Shown here piece after piece: positions 40,808-51,600 of a DNA stretch of 55,926 bases. The notes beneath the pieces were generated by a model. That model was not told where the DNA came from, ran no database searches, and saw only the letters and a program-made list of their open reading frames with translations. Position 1 is the stretch's first letter. Each line of letters starts with the position of its first letter. The stretch is from an uncultured delta proteobacterium (GTDB taxonomy: Bacteria > Desulfobacterota > Binatia > Bin18), in assembly GCA_963733195.1 (NCBI GenBank), contig CAVTCR010000030.1:1-55926 (forward strand). Direction: 5' to 3'. The position numbers and the translations under genes were made by a program.

Positions 40808-41946
40808 TGGGTACATCCCTCCTGCGCCAGTAGTGGGAAATATAGGCCTTGCACAAAAGACCCCGTCTGTATGCGTAGCTGCGGTCCTTTCACTGCCGAG
40901 GCAACAAAATCCCAGAGAGTCAATGGCTTTTCCTCCTTGCGTGAAGAGCTCTCCTCTGTCTCGGTCGTTCTCACCGTCTGTAACGGATCCCAACTGTGCA
41001 AACGATGACGTTCCTGACAATGTGTAGTGCCGCAAGTGCATTCCCAGACCACTAACATCTTCGGCCCCTGTAGGTTTGCCTCCTCTCCGGTTGAGAAGCG
41101 AATTTGCTGACTTTGCTCATTCTTTGCAGTTTTTATGATCGCATCCTCATCGCGGGCAATGAGGATGACTGTAGTTCCAGCAGCGAGCGCACGGGATTGT
41201 CCATTGGACAGCACAAGTACTCCCTTTCCCTCTGGTACTGTCCAGATTGCTTTCGCGCCAGGAAAGATCGTGTGTCGGTAGTCTTGCGTAGACGATGTAC
41301 AGTCTGTCCCTTCGGGCAAACAGGCAAACGAGAGGCTTTCTTGCTCTTCCAGGTAGAAGGAATGCTCTGGACGCACGAGCCGGGTCGCTAACAACCAGGC
41401 ATCAGACCATACTGCCGTATCTTCTGGGAAATTTTTATCATGGGGGACACCTCGGTTTTGGGGAAACTTGACCACGTGCTCGGCCAGCCAGCGGTTCGCC
41501 TGCGCAACTGCCGGTTCGAGAGCGCGCACCACACCCCGTAGCGCTCCGTGCCAGCGGTGCTCCCAGCCGCCACCACCTAGCTGCACGTTGCGCCATTGGC
41601 CACAGCCATAGGCGATGACAAATTCCATGATCCGGTCGACGCGTTCGCGCTCATCCGTTACACATCGACGCAGGATACTATGTAGATCATGACGCATATC
41701 AGCGGGTGGAACGCCAGCCGATTGCGGCCCTAACCAGCACATGGCTACCACCATACGTAAATCGTCCTCGGCCAGGTCTGAGAACTCTGCACGTGCGTGG
41801 TCCACTAGCCGTGCAAGGTGAGAAGGATTCCCTACGTCGAGTCCGCGACCGTCTTGGTTGTCGAGGAAGCTTGTGACCCGGGTTTGCACAGCCCGAGCTT
41901 CATCATCTGTCATATCACGCATTCCTCTACTCAACTCTTTTCTCAT
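40804..41946 (-). CDS. Hypothetical protein, first gene of the operon
   Basis: Long ORF with a GAGGTGGAG RBS, helical N-terminus and CTC..THC motif. No family recognised. Confidence 0.65.
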   Translation of the reverse strand: MRKELSRGMRDMTDDEARAVQTRVTSFLDNQDGRGLDVGNPSHLARLVDHARAEFSDLAEDDLRMVVAMCWLGPQSAGVPPADMRHDLHSILRRCVTDERERVDRIMEFVIAYGCGQWRNVQLGGGGWEHRWHGALRGVVRALEPAVAQANRWLAEHVVKFPQNRGVPHDKNFPEDTAVWSDAWLLATRLVRPEHSFYLEEQESLSFACLPEGTDCTSSTQDYRHTIFPGAKAIWTVPEGKGVLVLSNGQSRALAAGTTVILIARDEDAIIKTAKNEQSQQIRFSTGEEANLQGPKMLVVWECTCGTTHCQERHRLHSWDPLQTVRTTETEESSSRKEEKPLTLWDFVASAVKGPQLRIQTGSFVQGLYFPLLAQEGCTQ

Positions 41947-42138
41947 CGACTCACTCCACCTCATTCCCGCTTAGTCTCACTCACTTCGCGGCGTCGTGCA
42001 ACTGTGGGCACTACACAACAACAAACGGAGTGGAGCGGAAGAACCCTTAGCGTCAAAGAGAAAGCATCTTTACGTAGTAACAAATCAGGGGGGACCACTC
42101 AAGATAAATATAACTAATAGTGATAAAGAAAGAAAACC

Positions 42139-43545
42139 ATGACACTGCGTTTGGGCCACCACGCCATTGTTATCGGCGGGAGCATAGCGGGGTTGATGAC
42201 AGCTCGAGTGCTTGCCGATCATTTTGCTCAAGTCACCATTATTGAGCGGGATGCCATCGAGGACAAACCGGTGCTCCATAAATCAACTCCGCAGGGGCAT
42301 CATCTCCACGCGCTCATGCTGGGCGGTCAGCAGGTGGTAGCGTCACTGTATCCCGGTATTCTTGCGCGACTGCGCTCTCTTGGTGCCGTACGGTACCGCG
42401 CGGGTATAGAAAACGTCTGGTTCTTACCTGACGGGAAGGCCTACAACGCCTCCGGCACAGTTCGCGAGCCGCGCGATCTTGGCTTTGACGCATATAGCCA
42501 AAGTCGCGGCCTCCTCGAACACTGTGTGCGGCAATGCACCTTAGCGCTCACCAACGTCCAACTCGTCACTAACAGTTCAGTGCGTAGCCTTCTTCATACA
42601 AACGGGAGAGTCCACGGGGTACAGTATCTCAGTCAGGGCGCGTGGCATTGTCTCCCCGCCGATTTCGTCGTGGACGCGGGGGGCGAGGGTCACACGCGGC
42701 TTGGTGGCTTATGGAACTTGGTTTCCCGACGCCGGAGGGGACGACTATTGGTGTAGACTTCGCCTACGCGAGCACGAAATTCCGGGTACCGGATTCCTAC
42801 GACGCGCCGGAACGACTGCTGAATTTCTTTGTTCCCTCCCCCCAATTTCCTCTGGCGGCGATCATGGGGGAAATCGAAGATCGTACATGGCACGTTAGCT
42901 TAGCGGGACGGTTTGGAAACTATCCTCCTACTGATGAAGAGGGCTTTCTAATGTTTGCCAAGTCGCTACCTAACCAGAAGTTGTACGATCTGATCAATGA
43001 CGCTGAGCGAGTAAGCGACATCATGGCATACCGTTTCCCGACCAGCCTACAGCGCCATTACGAGCGGCTGACCAAGTTTCCCGAGGGATTCCTGGTACTG
43101 GGAGACGCGATCTGCAGCTTTAATCCCGTGTATGGACAAGGAATGAGCTCGGCGGCGCTGCAGGTTGAAGCATTGCAGCAATTACTTAAACGAGCGAGCC
43201 GAAAGCGCTCAAGGGCTCGACGGCGTGGCGCTGGCGTTCTTCCCAAAAGCGGCGGAAGTTATTGTCACGCCTTGGACCTTGGCCGCCACCTTTGATTTTC
43301 TATATCCGCAGACCTGTGGCACCCGCCCGCCGAATCTCGCAGCGACCGCGCATTATTTAGCCGCAGCGAGCGCTGTGGCGGCGGACGATATCGAGGTACA
43401 AAGACTGCTCGCCGAAGTCATTGCTCTTGCCAAGCCATTCGCAGACTTGTGGGATGAGCCATTATACAGCCGTATCCTAGCATGCCAGCGGCCAGAGACG
43501 TATTCACAATCAGTGAAATTCTCTCAAGAAAGCGGCGTTGCGTAG
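42139..43545 (+). CDS. FAD-dependent oxidoreductase/monooxygenase, frameshifts ~42680 and ~43190
   Basis: [41 protein letters not shown]. Confidence 0.9.
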
Positions 43546-43672
43546 CTCCTGCCTCTTAAGATGAGAGCGCTCCGTCCAGTGCGCCTACCAGCACTTGCGT
43601 TCACTCCTATGAGTGATTGAATAAGAGGTAAGGCTATCATATGAATCTCTGACACGGAGCGAAGAACGTAGC

Positions 43673-45163
43673 ATGATGGTTCCTTTTCTCCTCACGGTGC
43701 TTTCGGCCCTGCTTTACGCACTGAGCTTTCCACCGGTTTCTTTCTTTCCACTTGCTTGGGTCGCGCTTGTACCATTCTTCCTTTCGGCATCAATGGTGCG
43801 CCCCATCTACGCGGCAGGGTATGGCATACTGTGGGGGATACTCGCAGCGTATGGGGTCGGCTGGTGGTTTCCCGAAATGCTTGCGCACTATTTCGCAGTT
43901 TCTCTGCTCGTCGGTTGGCTGGGCTTTTTTGCCATGAGCATCGTGCTCGCAGGCGTCTACTACGGTGCCTTCGCGGCGTGGTTATCCTGGCTTGCGCACA
44001 GACAGGCAGCGAATCCCTTGGTGATTGCTGCCGGATGGGGGACATGTGAGTTCGCCCGGGCGAACCTCCTGGTTGGTAACCCTTGGGCGTTGTCAGTGTA
44101 TTCGCAAGTACCGCTCCCCTGGCTGATGCAACTCGCGGACGCGACTGGCCCTTATGGTATTGGCATGCTTATTGGTGCTGTGAACGCTCTCGTTGCAGGG
44201 CTCTGTCTACCTGCGTTGCGCGGTGGTCGAGCAGCAATCTCTTCCATAGGAATCGTCGCTGTTTTTGGTTTTGCGTTCCTCTATGGCGAGTGGCGACTGT
44301 CGCAGACTTTTGCCACGAGCGAACCAGTAGAGGTTGCGGTGATCCAAGGAGCAATCGAACGTCAGTCGCGCTGGAACCCAGAGCACCGCACGGCGAGTCT
44401 TGATCGTTACCTTGCACTGACCAAAGAGGTTGCGGCAACACGTCCGCGCTTGATCTTTTGGCCTGAGTATGCGGTAGACTTCTATCTGCAAGAAGAGGTC
44501 CCCGAGCGACAGGCACTCCTCAGCATGACCCGAGACCTTGGCGCCGACTTGATTCTCGGTGGTCCCTCCTACGGTTATGGTGTGTCGGATCTTTTCTATC
44601 GTAACTCTGTGTTTCTCCTCCGCCGTGGAAGACTCACAGGTCGTTACGATAAGATTCGCCTGTTGCCTTTTGCAGAGGAGGCTGAGTTCGGCAGGCGCCT
44701 TTTTCAAGAACAATTAACCTACGAACCAGGGCGACGTCTTCACACACTGCAGGCCGGAGACGCTCAGATCGGCGCATTCGTGTGCTTTGAGGCGATGTAT
44801 CCTGACTTGGCGCGCACTCTCGCCTTGCAGGGTGCTGAGGTCTTTACCAATCCTGCGAACGATGACTGGTTCGGCTATGCTGCTCCTGCGCAGCATCACC
44901 TCGACATCGCTACTGTGCGCGCTATTGAAAATCGCCGCTATCTCGTGCGTCCCACGACCACTGGATACTCGGCGATCATCGATCCGCATGGGCAGACGGT
45001 TGTGCGCAGCAGCTTTGGGACGCCCGCCGTGCTGACCGGGGCGATCCGTCTATCACAAGCCCAAACCCCATACCAACGCTGGGGTGACGCGACTGCCTGG
45101 ATTGCAGTTGTCTGGGTCACCGCCGTGTCGCTGTACCACCTCAAGTGGCGCAAACGAAAATAA
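43673..45163 (+). CDS. lnt: Apolipoprotein N-acyltransferase
   Basis: TM N-terminus, GNPW, nitrilase triad WPE / YDKIRLLPFAE / VCFE, NDDWFG, RAIENRR. Confidence 0.92.
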   Translation: MMVPFLLTVLSALLYALSFPPVSFFPLAWVALVPFFLSASMVRPIYAAGYGILWGILAAYGVGWWFPEMLAHYFAVSLLVGWLGFFAMSIVLAGVYYGAFAAWLSWLAHRQAANPLVIAAGWGTCEFARANLLVGNPWALSVYSQVPLPWLMQLADATGPYGIGMLIGAVNALVAGLCLPALRGGRAAISSIGIVAVFGFAFLYGEWRLSQTFATSEPVEVAVIQGAIERQSRWNPEHRTASLDRYLALTKEVAATRPRLIFWPEYAVDFYLQEEVPERQALLSMTRDLGADLILGGPSYGYGVSDLFYRNSVFLLRRGRLTGRYDKIRLLPFAEEAEFGRRLFQEQLTYEPGRRLHTLQAGDAQIGAFVCFEAMYPDLARTLALQGAEVFTNPANDDWFGYAAPAQHHLDIATVRAIENRRYLVRPTTTGYSAIIDPHGQTVVRSSFGTPAVLTGAIRLSQAQTPYQRWGDATAWIAVVWVTAVSLYHLKWRKRK

Positions 45164-45182
45164 CAATACAGGAGGTCTATTT

Positions 45183-45885
45183 ATGCACTCTCCATATCCA
45201 TTTCTCAGCCTTGTTCTTGCTATATTGCTCTTTGCTGCCGGCATCTGCATATGCAGGCTCGCCTGTCTCGGAACTACGCGAGAACCAGCTTCCTCATGTC
45301 TGCAAAGATGGGCCGAAGAAAGGCCAGGCATGCACTCAGGACGCCCAGTGTCCAGCGTGGCCTATGTGAAATTAATTTTGTCCGCGGACCCGACGCAACA
45401 TTCGAGGCCGAGGTGACCCTCATTATTGACGACAACGTCAGCAAATTCGACGGCACAGAGGAAATCTCTGATGTCAAAGCCGCCACTGTGCTTCTTGAGA
45501 TCAAAGATAAAGGAGAAACGCATTTGCTCGCGCAAACGTACCAGAACCTCAAGGGACACAACTTCAAAGCCCTCACTGATGCACTCAAAGGGTCCTTTTC
45601 TTGCTGATATGGGATCGCCAGTGTCAAATAGACGGGCAGCCGAGTTCCGGCTCTTCGAATCACTGACTGACGACCCTTTCCCTTCAATCTTGGATGACTT
45701 TCTGTTTCGAGGAGGGAGACAGCGAACTGGCGAATGCCGTACGCGCTCTTGCGGGTGTGACGGGACGGCCAATCATAGCTGACGTTCCACAGGACGCCGC
45801 ATTTGTGCAACGCTCTGATCACGTCGCCGATGGTCTTGCTTCGCTCGTGCGCTTAAAAGTCAAGATCCGTTTTGTCGCACCGTGA
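45183..45885 (+). CDS. Secreted hypothetical protein with a short Cys-rich module; several frameshifts
   Basis: RBS AGGAGG; signal ending AYA; CKDGPKKGQACTQDAQCP-GLC; continues through four small ORFs to IRFVAP*. Confidence 0.55.
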
Positions 45886-45948
45886 GGCGCGTGGGGAATG
45901 AACTGTAGAAACACGACAGCAAGATGTGGGTTTCACAATCAACGCACC

Positions 45949-46099
45949 CGGCGGGCACAGCCCGCCCTACTAGAACTGCTGTGTCCCTCCTCAGCCCGAC
46001 GATGCATCGTCGGGCTCACAGTGCAAAGCCTGGTGAACTAGGCTCTGAGGAAACTTTACTCCCCTTCTTTCTGTGAGCCTGGGGCTTTAACGCCAGGCG
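45949..46099. repeat. REP/palindrome cluster
   Basis: Minus-strand GTAG-GGCGGGC-TGT-GCCCGCC (45949-45970); perfect 24-bp palindrome AGCCCGACGATGCATCGTCGGGCT (45993-46016); further hairpins AGCCTGGTGAACTAGGCT and GCCTGGGGCTTTAACGCCAGGC. Confidence 0.75.
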
Positions 46100-46184
46100 A
46101 CCACTTCTCCATCAATCTGACATTCCTCGTACGAGATCATGAGGCGAGGGGACAAAACAACGACGACTGAATGTTGGAAGAACT

Positions 46185-48572
46185 TTGAGACGTTTACAGG
46201 CACTTGATACAGCACTGCTCGTTATTTTTGTTCCGCTCTGGTTGGGGTGTTTCGCGCTGCACGTACGCGAGGTCATACGTGGCCGACTCGCATGGGTCCC
46301 TATTATCGTGTCCCAACCAGAGAGTGCGGAGGAATACCCAACTGTACGTGAGTTCTGGCCCGGAACTGGGGCTGAAGCCTCGGGTGTGGTGATTGGCGAC
46401 CAGCTTACACGTTTGGGTGAGGCCGACCTTCGTGGCGTTGGGACCCATCGGTTTTGTTGCCCGAGCCTACGAACAAGCGGACACGAAGCTGCGCGTTCCA
46501 ATATTCTTCGTGCGGGCAGGAGAACAGTATGAGTCATTTCTCAGTCTGACTCCAGTGACTGTTCCTTGGCGAATTCTCCTCCTGGCACTGGGGTTTGCAG
46601 TAACCTCGATACTGGTGCTGCTCCGTACCTCTGGCTCGCGGGCAGCTCGGGCATTTTTCCTCGCCGGGATGTCGTATAGCTTTCACTGGGCCTACTTCCC
46701 TGGCGGGTCGCGTGTGCAGACCTACGCCTGGATCGTCATTTTTCTTTGTTCTTCTATTGTCATGTTCCCCCTCATTCTGCGGGCGGTGTTGATCTTTCCC
46801 GAAGAGATCGTGCCCACTGGGAGGCGGATGCCTGTTTGGCCTTGGCTCTTTACGGTCTTCGGACCGTTTACGGCCAGTTGGGTTTTCGGCGTACCGTTAT
46901 CGTCCGGACTCGGGCTTCGTGCCATCTTTGTGACGAACACGACGTTTATTATCGCGCTGCTCGTGCTCCTCACGCACAACTTCCGCCGGGCGGGCCCTGT
47001 CGGCCGCCGACAACTCAAGTGGGTCGTCTACGGCTTCTACATAGGCACCCTCCCGGTGCTGGCCACGAACGTGGTGACTGCTCTCGCCCCATCGCTGTGG
47101 TGGCTCCACGATCTCAGCATGATCGCGCCTGTCTTGATTCCGATCTGTCTCTGCATCGCGATCATCCGCTATAATTTCTTCGATATCGATCGTTTGATTA
47201 GTGCGACAGCGGCTTCCTCTATCCTGTTAGTCGTATTGGTTGGAGGTGCGCTTTTGGGCGGACCTCAACTCGTGCGCGCCATGAGCGGAGTAGTGGGAAT
47301 TGATCCAACAGTGGGAGAGAATATTTTGCAACTCGCGCTTGTGGCTCTGGTCGTGCCAGGCCAGCGCTACCTACATCCCTGGATCGAACGATGGTTCTTT
47401 CCTGAACGCCAGGCGTTGAAGCACGGAATGGATCAGCTCTTCCGCGAGCTATCAACCTGTGAAGATTCACAGGTACTGCTCACGCTCTTCAGTGAGCGGC
47501 TCTATACTTTGCTTCAGCCAGAATGTTGCGTGATGTATGAGCGAGTAAACGAAACTTACATCCCAGCCCTTACACGTGGAAGTGCCGTGCCTCCGATCAT
47601 CGCGGTGGAGAGCTCACTGGTTGGAGCGCTCCGAGGCCGGATAGCGCCGGTTGATGTCGAACGCTGGCGACGTACGGCGAGAGTGCATTTGGACTCGGCT
47701 GACCGGGTAGCGCTGGATAACTTACGGGCGGCGGTCATGCTGTCTGTTAGCCGGAGTGAGCCTCCTGCCGCTTTCGTCTCCCTGGGTTACAAGCGTTCAG
47801 GTGATATCTATACGCAGACCGACTACGCATTGCTTGCCGCCCTAGCCGATAAGGTAGCGGGTGAGCTGTTACGTTTTGAGGAGGCGGAGATTCATCGTCA
47901 AACACAGGCGATGCAAGATGCGCTGCGCCGCTATGTGCCTGAGTCCAGTGGCAGCCCGTATCGTCAGTGGCCAGGAGTTGGATACCGGAGAACAAGAGAT
48001 CTCTGTGCTCTTCGTGGATATCCGCGGCTATACGACCTACTGCTGAGGGCCGGACCGCCACAGAGATTTTTTCGCTGATCAATCGGTATACCGAAACTGT
48101 CTCGGGGGTCGTGCGTCACTACAAAGGTACGATCGTCGAGTTCAATGGTGACGGCATGATGGCGGTGTTTGGAGCACCCGAACCGCTTTTAGAAAAGGAG
48201 AGGGCTGCCGTTGATGCCGGTCGCGAGATTGTCACAGCCGTACGGTTATTGGCTCTGGGGGAGACACGGATGGAGAGTCGACCACTTGAGGTTGGCGTGG
48301 GGATTGCCACGGGGAAAGCCTTTGTCGGTAACATCCAGTCAGTAGATCGCCTGATTTGGAGTGCGATCGGCAACACAACCAACTTGGCTGCGCGTCTCCA
48401 GAGCTTAACGCGGGATCTGCATGCAGCCATCGTGATTGATGCGGCCACTTGGGTCGCTGCGGCAGAGAGTGCCGCTGATTTCGAGCGGCACGAGCACATG
48501 CCAATCCGTGGGCGCCGCCAGACCGAAGACGTCTATGTGCTACCGCTCGAAGCGCAGGAAGTGATGGCCTGA
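46185..48572 (+). CDS. Membrane-bound class III nucleotide cyclase (PDZ-like, multi-TM, GAF-like, cyclase); three frameshifts
   Basis: AEASGVVIGDQL (PDZ-like), TM block, SVLFVDIRGYTT, EFNGDGMMAVFG, GVGIATG, IGNTTNLAARLQ. Shifts at ~46440, ~47945 and ~48040. Confidence 0.88.
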
Positions 48573-48669
48573 TTGTTATCAGTGGTAAGCACTTACAGCG
48601 ACTACTACTTGTAAGAATTGCTGATCCCCGACACCTCTAGCACCATTGTTCAGCCTTCTCTTTATCATG

Positions 48670-51600
48670 TTACTCGCGCAAGGCTGCTAGCTCTTGTATC
48701 GTTTTTCCCTCCACCTTCCCCCAGCGCCGACGAAATACGCGTACTCCCTGTGCCATTATCTGCCCCAATGCTTCCGCTGCCCCGAAACGCACATCGGCGT
48801 CAGCGTCTCGCATAGCTTGCACCAAAGCGGACAACATTTCAGGCTGCGATGCAGCCTTGTTCCCTATTTGCCCTAATGCCTGGGCTGCACGAGCCCGCAC
48901 TCCTGCATCCGTATCGCGCAAGACAAGTCGTACCAGTGCAAGCAGCACGCTCGTGTGCTGTGTTGCCGTTGCTTGCACCCGTCCTAATGCCGCTGCTGCC
49001 TCAGTACGCACTCCCCCATCCGCGTCGTGCAAAGCTATTTCCACCAGAGAGGAAAGCATATCAGGGTGTTGGGTGACCATTTCCTTTCCCTGTCCCAGCG
49101 CTCGTATTACCGCACGGCGTACACCTGAGTCCTTACTGCGCAGAGCTTGCACGAAAGCAAAAGCTGTCTCAGGATGCTGAGTGCTCGTTTCTCCTGTCTG
49201 ATTGAATAAGGCTGCAGATTCGGAAAACCCCTCTTTGTCCTGATCACGCGATACTTGCTGTCCTAGGACCGGCGACAGCGGAAGCTGCTGAATTGTCACT
49301 CCGTCTACCAGCCTGAGTACACCAGCCCCATGAGCGCGTACGTGCGGGTTGTCGTCTTGCAAGGCAGCTTCCACAGCTGAAAGCACCTCTGGATGCCAAG
49401 CTGCCGCTGGACCTATTTGCGCTAATGCTCGCGCCGCTCTAGAGCGAACGAACCAGTCCGTGTCATGGAGTGCAGCCTGCACCAGAGCTAAGAGGGTCTG
49501 CGGATACTGGGCTACCGTTACGCCCATCTGCCTGAATGCCTCTGCTGCTTGGGCACGTACCAATTCGTCCGTGTCATGCAGGAGTATGTGTTCCAGATCT
49601 AAGAGCACCTCAGGATACTGAGCTACCACCATTCCCATCTGCCCTAATGCTTTTGCTACTCCTGCACGTACTTCTCCAGATGAAGCGTGTAACTGCTGGC
49701 GGAGCCGGTGCGGAAAGGCGATTCCCCCCATGCGCGCATTAAGCTGCCCCAATGCGGGCAATGCACGTGTCAGGTGTATAGCGACGGGTTCGGTACTGTT
49801 CTGCTCGTGTTGCAGCCAGTTTGTGAAGGCCGTAGTACTAATACGGTCAACAAAGGTGGCGTGGTGATCGCTGCTGGCTAATTGCATTTCTGGCAAGCAA
49901 AGAGCAGCAAGGGCAAGACGGGAGTTGAAGAGATCATCTTTTTTGTCATCGGCTAATAGCGTGAGCAGCGGGAGGGGATCTTCAAGTTGTCCTGCCAGAA
50001 GGATCAGGACTTCGTGCCAGCGAGGGTCCCAGGCTTTGCTGTCTACCAACTGGCGCGCACTTACCGGTGTGCCTGCAATTTCTACAAGCGTTTGCCATCC
50101 CTTTTCAGCAATGATCTTGGCAAGGGCCGCGGCCGCGAGAAATTCTTGAATCGTCAGGTGGAGAAAGAAGAAACCTTGTGTCGGATTGCCGCGCAGGATG
50201 GCACTATTGGCGACAAGATCGACTCTGAGCGCATTTGCCCACGGAGCCGGCGCTGCCCCATAGCCTGCCTCGCTGAGTGCCCATTTGAGCTCCTGCCCTA
50301 ATTCTTCTCCGGTAAACGTGAGCTTGCGGTCGTGCTTAGCGAACAGGTTGAGCGCTACCCGTTCGAGAACTGCAAGTTTCTCTGTTCCTGTCGGTTCCTC
50401 GCCTGGATAACGTACCTCCACTCGTTGGGGAGGACGGGTGAGCAATCTCTCAAGCGCACGGGCGTAGAGTTCGCTTCGCGTTGTGGGGATAACACCGTTC
50501 ACATCGTCCACAACATAACAGATGATGCTCAATAGCAGTGGATTCGCTGCGAGCGGGAGGAGCTGCGGGGTGCGCGTGAGTTGGGCAATCACAGTGTCAG
50601 GATCATAGTGGTCGCGGTATTTCGCAGGGAATGCCTTGATAAACGCATCGCGTTGTTCCGGAGCGAGGGGCGCTAGGGTGAACAGCGGAAAGTCCGGACA
50701 CACGGCTTGATGCTGTTCAACACTCACAGTGCGACAGGTAATTAGAGTGGGGCATTCATTGAAGGTTACCAATGCAGTTTTCAGAACAGAGAGAAAAAAC
50801 GGCTTTCCCTCGATTTCATCCAAACCATCGAGGAGCAGCAGCACCTCTCCCTTTTGTAGCCAGCGCTGCCACTGCGCAGCGTGTTGGGCAGGGGAGAGCA
50901 TTTTGTAGTGCTCGGTTAAATAGTGAGGCAGATTCTCTTCCTGCTTTCCCTCTCTTGTTGCCCATGTTTCCCACTCTCGCAGTCGTATACGCACAGGCAG
51001 GAGGGGACCGCCAGACGGAGGCCAGGCTCGCCGCGCGACCTGCCATCCCACATACTGCATGAGCATGGTCTTTCCACTCCCGGGTGGACCGAGCACTACA
51101 CAGCGCGGGACTGAGGTGGTTGCTCCCTTTGTCACCGACCGGAAGTCTGAGAATACGCGTTCTAGTGGTACGCGCTTATATGTGACTGTTTCCTCCCGTA
51201 CTTGCTCCTCCCAGCGCAAAATGTCCACTTCACTAAAACCGCTATGCTCTTCGTGCGGCTCCTGTTCCTGACGACCTTCGCGTTCCGTCCGTGGCAATCG
51301 CTCTCGCTTCACTTCCTGTAGTAAGGGTAGGACCTGATAGTGCGTGGCGATCGGCAGAGATTGGTCCAGGATGTTCAGGACGGCGCACTGTTCCCGCTCG
51401 TGTCGCCGCACTGCTTCACGCGCGCCGTGTTCCTCATACAGTCGTTGCACGGCCTCCTGTAGCGTAGCTGCCTTCAACACCCTCAGGGGAGACGCGTCAG
51501 GGGCGAGTAATTCCGAGGCAACATCAGATTGCTCCTCCGCTACCACGACCACCCGCAAGAGTCCCAGCGTCGCGGCCTCTGTGGCAGCAACGAGTAATTT

